A stretch of 52,117 nucleotides of DNA from Octopus bimaculoides (taxonomy: Eukaryota). This document shows, in pieces, positions 1 through 10,411 of this stretch. Position 1 is the stretch's first letter, and the number at the start of each line of letters is the position of its first letter. The DNA lies in contig NC_068981.1 of assembly GCF_001194135.2 (NCBI RefSeq), positions 10,745,418-10,797,534 of the forward strand. Direction: 5' to 3'. Made by a program: the position numbers and the translations under genes. The notes below the pieces were generated by a model that was not told the origin of the DNA, searched no databases, and saw nothing but the letters and a program-made list of their open reading frames with translations.

Positions 1-304
1 TTTATTGAGCGAAAACACCATAAGCTCCACGAGGCTCCGTCAGGGGATGGTGGCGAATCCTGCTGTACTCTTTCACCACAACTTTCTCTCACTATTACTT
101 CCTGTTTCTGTTGTACCTGTATTTCAAAGGGCCAGCCTTGTCACACTGTGTCACGCTGAATATCCCCGAGAACTACGTTAAGGGTACACGTGTCTGTGGA
201 GTGCTCAGCCACTTGCACGTTATTTCATGGGCAGGCTGTTCCGTTGATCGGATCAACTGGAACCCTCGACGTCGTAAGCGGCGGAGTGCCAACAACAACA
301 ACAA
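1..304 (+). mobile_element. tRNA-derived SINE, family A; 5' end cut by window edge; (AAC)n tail
   Basis: Near-identical by eye to the full copies at 25623-26004 (+) and 30853-31236 (-); ends ...gtcgtaagcggcggagtgcc(aac)n. Confidence 0.9.
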
Positions 305-309
305 TCATG

Positions 310-1055
310 GTTAGTATCTAATGGCAGAAAAGTAGCAGGAAAGAAGGGCCCTTCAACATCTACAGAGCCATAGGCGATGGATACTATCGCTGGTTACATG
401 ATCAAGTACTCAGCTCGGTTGCGGCGGTGATATACACCACCACCCCAGGAAAGAAGGTCGCTGGAGAGAAATCCAATTCACTGAAACTTCGAAGACCGTC
501 GTCTTCATTTTCCATAGACTGGCTGCTGAGAGTGAATCTTGTGGAATGAATAAATTTCCCAGAACACACATTGTATCTACAACATACCGCTAAGGCATTG
601 TGATCTTAAATCCCACCAAACATATGGTCATATAGGAACTGACTGAGCCTTTTGAGGAACACATGAAGAAGGCTCATGAAAAGAAGCTGACCAAATACCA
701 AGAGCTGGATGAGGGGTGCAGAAATAGGGGATGACAGGAAGCTTACAAGGCAATTAAAATGGGCTGTGGATCTTTCATCCTGCAAAGCTCCGACTGGGCT
801 AAGAGTTATTGATGCAGCAACGATGAGAGTTATGAATTCCATCACTGAATCTGTAGAGAAGGCTGCTGAGTGGCTTGGATGAAGGGAACAAACTAGTGGT
901 TTGTTACTATTGGGACGCAAGATGGGACTTGGTCAACCTCGGCTTGGTCAACCTCGGCTTGGTCAACTGGGTAAGGAGGTGGGATCTGATGTTGAAAGAC
1001 CCCCCCTCCCACAACCCCACTGAGAATCTAGAAACGTCACTGACGATGCATCATA
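310..1055 (+). mobile_element. 3' relic of an R2/HERO-like non-LTR retrotransposon (restriction-like endonuclease domain plus 3' UTR), decayed
   Basis: Translation gives AIGDGYYRWLHDQVLSSVAAVI (367-432), then DWLLRVNL, and ELTEPFEEHMKKAHEKKLTKYQEL...KMGC (from 636). These match the RWRHDQVL...ELTVPWE...K..KY...GC pattern of REL-type non-LTR elements, with stops and frameshifts. The 3' UTR tgatgttgaaagaccc...cactgacgatg resembles HERO-type ends (from memory). Confidence 0.75.
928..967. repeat. 15-bp tandem duplication (cttggtcaacctcgg x2 plus partial) inside the LINE 3' UTR
   Basis: Read directly from the sequence. Confidence 0.9.
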
Positions 1056-1186
1056 GGGCTTCTGCGAGATATATCATAAAACTATCTCTTGCTACGTTTT
1101 TTGATTCAAAAACTGTACCTGTTTTGAATTTTGTCAGTGATATTCGACATCACACTGGGGAATGGGGGTGAGGAAGGACAGTGTTT

Positions 1187-1187
<1 letters not shown>

Positions 1188-1220
<33 letters not shown>

Positions 1221-1242
1221 TGTGTGTGAATGTGTGTGTGTG

Positions 1243-1296
<54 letters not shown>

Positions 1297-1303
1297 TGTG
1301 TGT
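1188..1303. repeat. (TG)n microsatellite with TTTG interruptions
   Basis: Direct. Confidence 0.95.
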
Positions 1304-1578
1304 TAGAAATTACATAATTAAAAAAAATCTTACTTTACTTCATTGCTACGAAATATATAAATTAATTATGGTCTTATATTTTAAGGTCCACATTGCTTTG
1401 CACCCTTTAGAGGGGTCGATTAAAAACATGTGCCGATGCAGGGTTGTGGACTGATAGAATTGTAAGGAACTGGGAGAAGTTGCTTCGTGTGGTATTTGTT
1501 CCAGTTCTTTATATTCTAAGTTCAAATCATGCCGTGGCCTGCTTATGTTGTAGACTCAATTCAACGCTCCGTTTAAAA

Positions 1579-1678
1579 CCACTGCCTGGCACCTTGGGAA
1601 AGTGTCTTTTACTATAGCCTCGGGCCGGCTAAAGCCTTGTCAGTCGATTTGGTAGACGGAAACTGAAAGAAGCCTGTC

Positions 1679-1710
<32 letters not shown>
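1579..1710 (+). mobile_element. SINE family B internal fragment ending in (TA)n
   Basis: ccactgcctggcaccttggg...ggtagacggaaactgaaagaagcctgtcgt(at)n matches the 5' half of the full copies at 7735 and 26954. Confidence 0.85.
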
Positions 1711-1716
<6 letters not shown>

Positions 1717-1806
1717 AAATAGTGTACATTTAAACACAAGAGAAACTACCTTTAGCATGTAGTTTTACACGCTAGAAGAAGCAGTCAAAATAACCATATG
1801 TATACA

Positions 1807-1869
<63 letters not shown>

Positions 1870-1963
1870 GTATATATATATATATGTATATATATATATG
1901 TATATATATATAATGAGATAAAAACCAAGGCTGTGTATAATATAGAACATTTATAAATAGAAG

Positions 1964-2011
1964 GTCTTACAGCTGTTTCCAGGATATTTATTATATCCCT
2001 TCATCGGAGAC
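1964..2011 (-). ncRNA. Minimal type-I hammerhead ribozyme-like motif (CAGCTG family), U4C variant
   Basis: Minus strand: GTCT CCGATGA AG GGATAT-aataa-ATATCC TG GAAA C-AGCT-G TA AGAC. Stem I is GTCT/AGAC, stem II has a 6-bp core, stem III has a palindromic AGCT loop, and the triplet is GUA. Confidence 0.55.
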
Positions 2012-2124
2012 GGTGTGAGAGGATGGTTAAGCAATAGTTAGTTTAGATAAGATAAGAAACAGAGAGTGAATGTAGGGAATATTGTATTTGCAAATCCATT
2101 GTTTAGGCAGAATGGTATACATAT

Positions 2125-2248
2125 AAGATTCCAATACCTTGTGAGTAAAATCCAATAGTCTTTAAGATTAGTCATTGCCTTTGTAAAGCCATTATTAAGA
2201 TTCCAATACCCTTTGAGTAAAATCCTACAGTCTTTGAAATTGGTCATT
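2125..2248. repeat. 72-bp imperfect tandem duplication
   Basis: aagattccaatacc..tgagtaaaatcc...agtcttt.a.att.gtcatt starts at 2125 and again at 2197. Confidence 0.8.
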
Positions 2249-2589
2249 CCAAATACAGAGTTTATACGCAGTGTTACTGAATCTGATGAGATTCCAAAGA
2301 TTCTCAGTATAGAAGACAGTAGTGCTGGAATGATTCAAACTTAGACGCCAATGTCTTTACAAGGCATCAGTTCCACGGGCTAAAGAATGGCTATAAGAAG
2401 GATCAGGTTGGGCAGATATGGAGGCAAGCACGCGGATAGACAAATGCAATGTATTAAATATAACAGCTTGGCTACGAATACATGCAGAACGAGAGAAAGC
2501 GAAAAGTGGAGACTTTCAGACGATGAATATTTAAGTATAAATACATAGATATTTATATTGAAATAGATCCAACTTATACAGAGTTAAAA

Positions 2590-2590
<1 letters not shown>

Positions 2591-2649
<59 letters not shown>

Positions 2650-2659
2650 NNNNNNNNNN

Positions 2660-2716
<57 letters not shown>
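2591..2716. repeat. (CA)n microsatellite containing a 10-N gap
   Basis: Direct. Confidence 0.95.
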
Positions 2717-2720
<4 letters not shown>

Positions 2721-3041
2721 TATTGGGGTCCTTTCATTCGACTAAAAATTCTTCATGGCTGTGCCCCAGCATGGTCGCAGTCTGAAACAAAAGGTAAACG
2801 ATAAAGCTTTGAGATACCACAAAGAAGTGATAGGAATAGATCAGGAAAATTGGTATAGGAACAAGGTTAAAAGCGTACTGTAGGTTCTCCCACTAAATGA
2901 AATTAGGCAACTGATCTGTGGTTAGAACCAATATCGGACCTTCGGCTACTCCTATCCTACAGAAAAAGAAAAAAAGAAATCAAACAAAAAGTCATACAAC
3001 TGCAACAATTAGAATTATCCAATATTATATTCAGCCACTAA

Positions 3042-3093
3042 GGCAGCGAGTTGGTAGAAACGTTAGCACGCCGGTCGAAATGCTTCGCGGTAT
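3042..3093 (+). mobile_element. SINE family C, tRNA-like head only
   Basis: ggcagcgagttggtagaaacgttagcacgccggtcgaaatgcttcgcggtat matches the heads at 36829 (+), 48325 (-) and 20814 (-). Confidence 0.8.
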
Positions 3094-4727
3094 AACGGCT
3101 CCGTGAATTATTGTGAATTATTGTGAATTATTGTGAAAACTGTCTCGGTGAATAATTGTGATTTTTGTGGAATTTTTACGGTTGTATTTCACGTGAGCTG
3201 CTTCATTTTCCCCAGCTATGGCAAGTGGTAGTGTCTCCAGTATGGAGAGCTACGCCAAAGCCACTGCGGTGATGAAGCCAGTGCCGCTGGAAACCAAGTT
3301 AATCAAGTTGGATATGGAGGAAGTGACCAGAAGCAGGAATTTGATAGAAGTTGAGGGAGACTCATACAAATTGTGTCCCCCAAAAGAGACTAAAGAAAAT
3401 AAGATTCTGAGGACAGTAGTGTATCGTACACAGGCTGTCGAAACCGGTAAAACTGAAATGGTGACGGAAGAAGAAATCTAGGAGTGCCTGGGTGAAATTG
3501 TCAATGAAGCCACGTACATCAACAGAGGAAGAAAGTTCGGTACGGTTGAGGTGAGGTTCGCCACTATAGAAGAGGCAGCCAAGCATGCAACCAACATATT
3601 AAGAATTGAGAAAATAGCATTGCTACCAAGCTATAGAGGAAGAAGAAGTGTAAAAATACGAATTTCCAGAGTTACACCAGATATTAAACCAGAGTGGTTG
3701 GTTGCAACAGTGCTGGCTGCAACCAAGGAGGAGCCGGAATTGGGACCAGTGGCGAAATCAAAAGTGTGCAAATGGTGGGGATTTGGACTCGAAATGTGGC
3801 TTTTTGCCACATTCGAGGACATAGAAAGAATTCCCTACCAGATAGAAGTAGAGGATGAGAGAACGCTAAATGTTGTAGTCGAGGGAAGGAAACCAAATAG
3901 CTACATATGCGGGGAAAGAGGTCATATGAAGACCAAATGCCCCCTTTATGAGTTCACACAACTACAGCAAGAGAAAGCACAAACAGAGGTGGAAAACATT
4001 GTAGACCACACGGAAGAAATAAAAGAGAGACAGAAGTGTGAAACAGAGAAAACAAAGGAGAAGAACGCAAATGGAGCTACTAACCCTAAAAAACGAAAGA
4101 AAAATAAGTCGAAGGAACGGTCAACAGAAAACATAAAAGAGATAGAAAAGCTGGAAACTAATAATGTACAAGAAGAGGAGGAGAGAACGGAGAAAGATGT
4201 GAAATACAAGGGGCTTTTGATAAAGTACGAGAATTGTGAGCAGATGGAGAGAAAAGTCGAGAGTTTGGAGGAAATAATAAGAGTGAAAATGCCAGAGAAA
4301 TGTGCTGAAAAATGCATTTTGATACGTGAGGAAAGATGCTTCGAGTGCATAAAAGAACTTGGTGAAAATATAATAACGAAACGGATATGGTTGGTGGAGA
4401 CACCACCCTCTAGAACTGATTATTTGCAGTTGTTAAGGACGGACATAACAATGATTAATGGAAGAAATGTAACGCGAGTGTTTGAATTTTTTGAGTTACA
4501 AAACCGTTAAAATGTTTACATGACGTTGAACGTAAAAGTGAAAAACTGGATAAATGTAACCACCCGATTTCGGGGATCGACTGGACATTGCGCTTCATTT
4601 TTTTCATTCTTGCATATTATAATTTTATTTTAATTACCCCGATTTTATGTTTGCGTTTTGTACTGTCTTTATGTTTTGTGATGTCTTAAAAATTCTTTGT
4701 ATAACCCTTTATGGGTAATAAAGAAAT
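3094..4727 (+). mobile_element. Non-autonomous ORF1-only non-LTR element (Tx1/L1-like), candidate 6-bp TSD cggtat
   Basis: The 5' UTR has (gtgaattatt)x3. It is followed by a gag-like ORF1, a ~215-nt 3' UTR and AATAAA at 4717-4722. cggtat occurs at 3088-3093 and 4728-4733. There is no ORF2. Confidence 0.6.
3218..4510 (+). pseudogene. LINE ORF1p-like protein (RRM-like region, zinc knuckle, Lys/Glu-rich region), 430 codons with one in-frame stop
   Basis: Track ORFs 3218-3481 and 3551-4510 share a frame, joined across a single TAG (3479-3481) by the open linker ECLGEIVNEATYINRGRKFGTVEVRF. VVEGRKPNSYICGERGHMKTKC is a CX2CX4HX4C knuckle with the first Cys read as Ser (AGC). Confidence 0.75.
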
Positions 4728-5359
4728 CGGTATTGTGCAGAGATCTCTCACGTATCAGAAAACTTAAGAGAGGTTTTAAGCACACCCAGTCACTCAAACC
4801 GTAAATATACACTCTTAACTGCAAAAGGCAACCGAAATAAAATTATGTGAAATTTATTTTATTATTTTCATATCTGATTTTATATAAGAATACGGTTCAG
4901 ACATCGAAGTAGAAATGTCACTGATGTCATATATTTTAATCATATGATTATCTGTCAAGAGAAAGTCTGAAAGTTTTAAATTAGTTGGAATAAAAATGAT
5001 CAGAAGAAGAAGAAGGAAGAAACGGACGAGAAAGAGGACGGGGGTAAAAAGTACAAAAAAAAAAGATCAACTTTAGGACGAAGAATATGTTATAATAATG
5101 AATGTGGTGATGAAACAGTAAAACTATATTTATTGATTTCATGAATTTGAGTGATAAATAGAGTCTGTGGTTTGATCTTTTGTGATGAGAAATAGCCATT
5201 GATGAGTTATTGTGACTCTTGATCTGTGCAAATAAATATCGGGTACCGAAATCCGTTTGTGAAATGACACAGAGTGCAATAACATGAAGTGTAAAAATGT
5301 AGAATAAGGTGAAGCGAGACGGTGCAGGATAAAATGAAGGGAGACAAGAATAAGTCATG

Positions 5360-5899
5360 GGATTTTAAAGTTGAAAAATGTGCATCCTCTGCGCATCTTG
5401 CCATGTGCCACTCGTAAGACTCCACTCTTTGGTCCGGAACATCTTCAGTGAGAGTGCGAACTATTCTAACGACAGTGCTTCAAAATATGATGGACTTTTG
5501 ATTTTGAAATTGCTTTCACAAGACTGTCTTGTACAGATATTCTTGAATTCTGGGAAAAAAAACTTTAAAACTTTCTTTGCACCCTTTCTTGTTTTGCGAA
5601 GCTCGTCGATGTCCATGGTCTAACGGAACGTTTCCTATAGACATTCTGAAGAGTTCCATCTGCTTCAAATTTATCTCTAATTCCAGTGTTAGAATCTCTT
5701 TAAAACTCCTCCCTAAACTGTTTTCGCACTTCGTCTGTATTTTCAAGCTTTTAGTAGACCTTTAAGAGGAATTTGTTTAGTTCAAAGCTTGGGTGTAGCT
5801 ACTTTCATTATTTCTAATGGATTAAATCTAAACAGAAATGAAACTGAAGCGAGCTGTTAGCTGGTATAAAGTGTGTATACATTTCTTTGGAACACTCTG
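5360..5899 (-). mobile_element. Tc1/mariner-superfamily relic: 5' TIR plus N-terminal transposase, 3' truncated
   Basis: Minus strand begins CAGAGTGTTCCAAAGAAATGTATACACACTTT (TIR-like, 5899 down). Decayed translation: ENTDEVRKQFREEF...IRDKFEADGTLQNVYRKRSVRPWTSTS...ISKSKVHHILK...LTEDVPDQRVESYEWHMARCAEDAHF, typical of DUF4817-type HTH transposases. Confidence 0.75.
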
Positions 5900-6151
5900 C
5901 ATATATATACATACATGCATAGATACATATACACAAACATATGCACTCTCCAAATATATATATATATATATTATAAATATACAGGGATTAGCATTGAGTT
6001 GCTTCTCCAACATACTGAAAATTTAGAAATAGCAGTCAAAGAACTACTGATTCTAAACTACAAATTTTTCTCTAAACGGATGGCGATATTTATGGCACAC
6101 ATAGAACAAAAAAACCGGAGGGAAAAGCAAAAACAAACCCGCCTTTAGTTA

Positions 6152-6214
6152 ATTGGATACGACGTTTCGCGGTTAAGAGAATGAAATTACTCTATTCCGC
6201 ATCTTCAGCCCAAT
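6152..6214 (-). ncRNA. Minimal type-I hammerhead ribozyme candidate, intact core
   Basis: Minus strand: ATTGGG CTGAAGA T GCGG-aat-AGAG-taatttcatt-CTCT-taa-CCGC GAAA C-GTC-G TA TCCAAT. Stem I is 6 bp (one G.U). Stem II is GCGG/CCGC plus AGAG/CTCT. One extra U follows A9. Predicted cleavage is after the A at 6158. Confidence 0.65.
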
Positions 6215-7734
6215 ATTCTGATAAATTTGAAAGTGTCTCNNNNNNNNNNNNNNNNNNNNNNNNNNNNNNNNNNNNNNNNNNNNNNNNNNNNNNNNNNNNN
6301 NNNNNNNNNNNNNNNNNNNNNNNNNNNNNNNNNNNNNNNNNNNNNNNNNNNNNNNNNNNNNNNNNNNNNNNNNNNNNNNNNNNNNNNNNNNNNNNNNNNN
6401 NNNNNNNNNNNNNNNNNNNNNNNNNNNNNNNNNNNNNNNNNNNNNNNNNNNNNNNNNNNNNNNNNNNNNNNNNNNNNNNNNNNNNNNNNNNNNNNNNNNN
6501 NNNNNNNNNNNNNNNNNNNNNNNNNNNNNNNNNNNNNNNNNNNNNNNNNNNNNNNNNNNNNNNNNNNNNNNNNNNNNNNNNNNNNNNNNNNNNNNNNNNN
6601 NNNNNNNNNNNNNNNNNNNNNNNNNNNNNNNNNNNNNNNNNNNNNNNNNNNNNNNNNNNNNNNNNNNNNNNNNNNNNNNNNNNNNNNNNNNNNNNNNNNN
6701 NNNNNNNNNNNNNNNNNNNNNNNNNNNNNNNNNNNNNNNNNNNNNNNNNNNNNNNNNNNNNNNNNNNNNNNNNNNNNNNNNNNNNNNNNNNNNNNNNNNN
6801 NNNNNNNNNNNNNNNNNNNNNNNNNNNNNNNNNNNNNNNNNNNNNNNNNNNNNNNNNNNNNNNNNNNNNNNNNNNNNNNNNNNNNNNNNNNNNNNNNNNN
6901 NNNNNNNNNNNNNNNNNNNNNNNNNNNNNNNNNNNNNNNNNNNNNNNNNNNNNNNNNNNNNNNNNNNNNNNNNNNNNNNNNNNNNNNNNNNNNNNNNNNN
7001 NNNNNNNNNNNNNNNNNNNNNNNNNNNNNNNNNNNNNNNNNNNNNNNNNNNNNNNNNNNNNNNNNNNNNNNNNNNNNNNNNNNNNNNNNNNNNNNNNNNN
7101 NNNNNNNNNNNNNNNNNNNNNNNNNNNNNNNNNNNNNNNNNNNNNNNNNNNNNNNNNNNNNNNNNNNNNNNNNNNTATATGTATATATACATATATATGA
7201 ATATATTTTCACACATGCACCTCCCCACATGTTTGGGCCGTGATATATAGAATTGAACAGAAGAGTGGCTCATATTTCAATAAATATATACATTACATCA
7301 ATCTCTAGCACAGTTCAAAATTTTGGCAGGGTGACACTCCGCCCCATCTAACATAATATATAAATATCAAAGGAAATATAGAAAAGTAACTGAATGAATA
7401 GCTCTTAAATTATGGGTTTCATTCGGAAAAATACTGCACTGCGATTAAAAGAAATTCATGGCGAGCGAAAACTGTCATTAATTGAAAATTTTCTATGCTA
7501 CCATTATGTGAAGTGATGTAAGAAGATGCTGACGCCATTTGACGCCTGAAAGCTGACGGTGTTCTATGTTTTGTGTATATCGGATGACAAAACGAAGCTG
7601 CTGAAAATATTTTAATATCTTGCTACACATTTCAGTACATAAGAAAGAGTCCAACATCATATTCAAATCGACACCCAATTTAAATTCCAGTTTAGATGGG
7701 ACTTTTATAAATAAGAACAAAAAATGCCTAACAA

Positions 7735-7896
7735 GACGCAGGAGTGGCTGTGTGGTAAGTAGCTTGCTTACCAACCACATGGTTCCAGGTTCAGTCCCAC
7801 TGCGTTGCACCTTGGGCAAGTGTCTTCTACTATAGCCTCAGGCCGACCAAAGCCGTGTGAGTGGATTTGGTAGACGGAAACTGAAAGAAGCCCGTC

Positions 7897-7928
<32 letters not shown>

Positions 7929-8156
7929 GTATGTGTGTTTGTGTGTGTCTGTGTTTGTCCCCACAACATCGCTTGACAACTGATACTGGTGTGTTTACGT
8001 CCCCGTAACTTAGCAGTTCGGCAAAAAGAGACCGATAGAATAAGTACTAGGCTTACAAAGAATAAGTCCTGGGGTCGATTTGCTCGACTAAAGGTGGTGC
8101 TCCTGCATGGCCGCAGTCAAATGACTGAAACAAGTAAAAGAGTAAAAGAGTAAAAA
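7735..8156 (+). mobile_element. tRNA-derived SINE family B, full length, internal (TA)/(TG) microsatellite, (GAGTAAAA)n tail
   Basis: A-box-like TGGCTGTGTGG and B-box-like GGTTCAGTCC; near-identical to 26954-27362 (+) and 14449-15179 (-). Confidence 0.9.
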
Positions 8157-9230
8157 AGAACCAATGTCAGACATATCCCATCTATGTTAAAGAAAGTAGT
8201 GTTAAGTTATATGTTTTCATTACCTGGCATATGCCTAACATGACGGGCTATCGGTTGACGAAGCTGGTAACCTCACAGGGAAATACTTTTCTAAATTGGA
8301 CAGAGAGCAGAAAGTCCCTGCAACAAGACTTGTCAGTAGGTCGAGTGAAAGTGGTACATTATCCACCGTTTCTACCGCCATTTGTTGAGGCACCAACACC
8401 ATTGAACTCAGATGCAGAATGGTCAAATCTGATACTTCTGAGGAGGGTCCANNNNNNNNNNNNNNNNNNNNNNNNNNNNNNNNNNNNNNNNNNNNNNNNN
8501 NNNNNNNNNNNNNNNNNNNNNNNNNNNNNNNNNNNNNNNNNNNNNNNNNNNNNNNNNNNNNNNNNNNNNNNNNNNNNNNNNNNNNNNNNNNNNNNNNNNN
8601 NNNNNNNNNNNNNNNNNNNNNNNNNNNNNNNNNNNNNNNNNNNNNNNNNNNNNNNNNNNNNNNNNNNNNNNNNNNNNNNNNNNNNNNNNNNNNNNNNNNN
8701 NNNNNNNNNNNNNNNNNNNNNNNNNNNNNNNNNNNNNNNNNNNNNNNNNNNNNNNNNNNNNNNNNNNNNNNNNNNNNNNNNNNNNNNNNNNNNNNNNNNN
8801 NNNNNNNNNNNNNNNNNNNNNNNNNNNNNNNNNNNNNNNNNNNNNNNNNNNNNNNNNNNNNNNNNNNNNNNNNNNNNNNNNNNNNNNNNNNNNNNNNNNN
8901 NNNNNNNNNNNNNNNNNNNNNNNNNNNNNNNNNNNNNNNNNNNNNNNNNNNNNNNNNNNNNNNNNNNNNNNNNNNNNNNNNNNNNNNNNNNNNNNNNNNN
9001 NNNNNNNNNNNNNNNNNNNNNNNNNNNNNNNNNNNNNNNNNNNNNNNNNNNNNNNNNNNNNNNNNNNNNNNNNNNNNNNNNNNNNNNNNNNNNNNNNNNN
9101 NNNNNNNNNNNNNNNNNNNNNNNNNNNNNNNNNNNNNNNNNNNNNNNNNNNNNNNNNNNNNNNNNNNNNNNNNNNNNNNNNNNNNNNNNNNNNNNNNNNN
9201 NNNNNNNNNNNNNNNNNNNNNNNNNNNNNN

Positions 9231-9265
<35 letters not shown>

Positions 9266-9266
<1 letters not shown>

Positions 9267-10118
9267 GTGGTCTCATCAATAAGTATCCGGACTTTTGCTA
9301 TAGTAACGAAGCTAAAACACGGAGAGTGAAGGTCCTTTGGCACAAATTGACCTTGAACTCTACTGTGTAGGTGCACTAAGTTTTAATGTTCTAGCTCACT
9401 TCCGCTGTTTACAGCAGTGCTTGGAAGGAAAGTGTGTAGAGAGGCTGCATCAAATTTTAGCAAAAGCTTGGCAATATCTGCTCAGAGTCATACGCAACGT
9501 TTTCAAAAAGTTTTCGTCGTTCTCACCTCAATCAAGGAGCTCTTGTGCAAGTGAAAACTGTGTCTTTTTCGTCAGCTAAAAGCAGTTTTGGCACAAACTT
9601 GGCAGACACGTGTCTCATACCCTAATCTTCAGTGAAAATGAACTGAAATGAACCCTAACTAATCTGTTCATCCCTTGATAACTCACAGATGGTGATTCGA
9701 CGATTTCCCCTCACAGCCACACGCACTTCTGCGATGTTTTTCTCAGTTCAGCTGGTTGCATGTCTCCCAGAACGTTCATCACTATCAACATTTTTTTCGG
9801 CCATCTTGGAAACGTCAAAACCACTCGAAAACTTGTGTACGGTTCATACACTCCTCTCCATACACTTTCTGCAACTTTGCGCAGGCCTCTAAGCAGGTAT
9901 CGCTATGACACCTTTCTCTGTCATGGTCAATGCGACGATCACACGCTACACATGTTCCTTCGAAGCACTGTTGTAAACAGTGGACATGAGCTAGAACGTT
10001 AGAAGTTAGTGCGCATGCACAACAGATTTTAAGGTCAATTTGTGCTTAGCAACTTCACTCTGTGTGGTTTGGCTTCGTTACTATGGCAACAGTCCGGATA
10101 CTTATCGATCAAATCTCA
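9266..10118 (-). mobile_element. Internally deleted mariner element with ~164-bp terminal inverted repeats
   Basis: TIRs at 9266-9429 and 9956-10118 share ataagtatccggact...gcacaaattgacctt...gttctagctca...cagtgctt.gaagga. Minus-strand decayed transposase LQKVYGEECMNRTQVFEWF*RFQDGR..V.SDERSGR...SAKFVPKLL ends before the catalytic domain. TA at 10119-10120. Confidence 0.85.
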
Positions 10119-10411
10119 TATGTATATATATCTACTTGGTAAAATTATTAATTATTAATTATTAATTATTAATTATTAATCAATTAATAAATTTTACCCT
10201 TTTAGTATTAATATTGAAATTATAATTTACTCCCTGATCGAAAACCGCAGTTTCTGCGCGATTGCTCGCAACATGCACGTGGGTATTAAGGATAAATATG
10301 TGTTCACATTTGGCTGTATATTTTTGGAAGTGTTGGTTGGATATCAGTTATGCGATGGCGTTCGATCGCGTACATATTTAATTCTAACACTCTCAAATTT
10401 ATATTTGAACT

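Noticed and set aside
3407-3452. Hammerhead-like CTGAGGA...GAAACCGGTA inside ORF1
   Set aside because: Stem I is only 2 bp, there are two extra bases before GAAA, and it lies in coding sequence; most likely coincidence.
4480-4560. Resemblance of the ORF1-only element's end (EFFELQ...WINVT) to the Tx1 ORF2 C-terminus at 18990-19090 (NFFKYQ...WVNVT)
   Set aside because: Spacing differs by five codons and the intervening sequence does not align; too weak to claim an ORF1-ORF2 deletion junction.
8220-8229. ttacctggca, matching the U1 snRNA 5' end
   Set aside because: Only 10 nt match and the U1 body does not follow.
8231-8451. Relatively GC-balanced open stretch before an N gap
   Set aside because: No recognisable motif or splice signals in any frame; cannot be supported as an exon.
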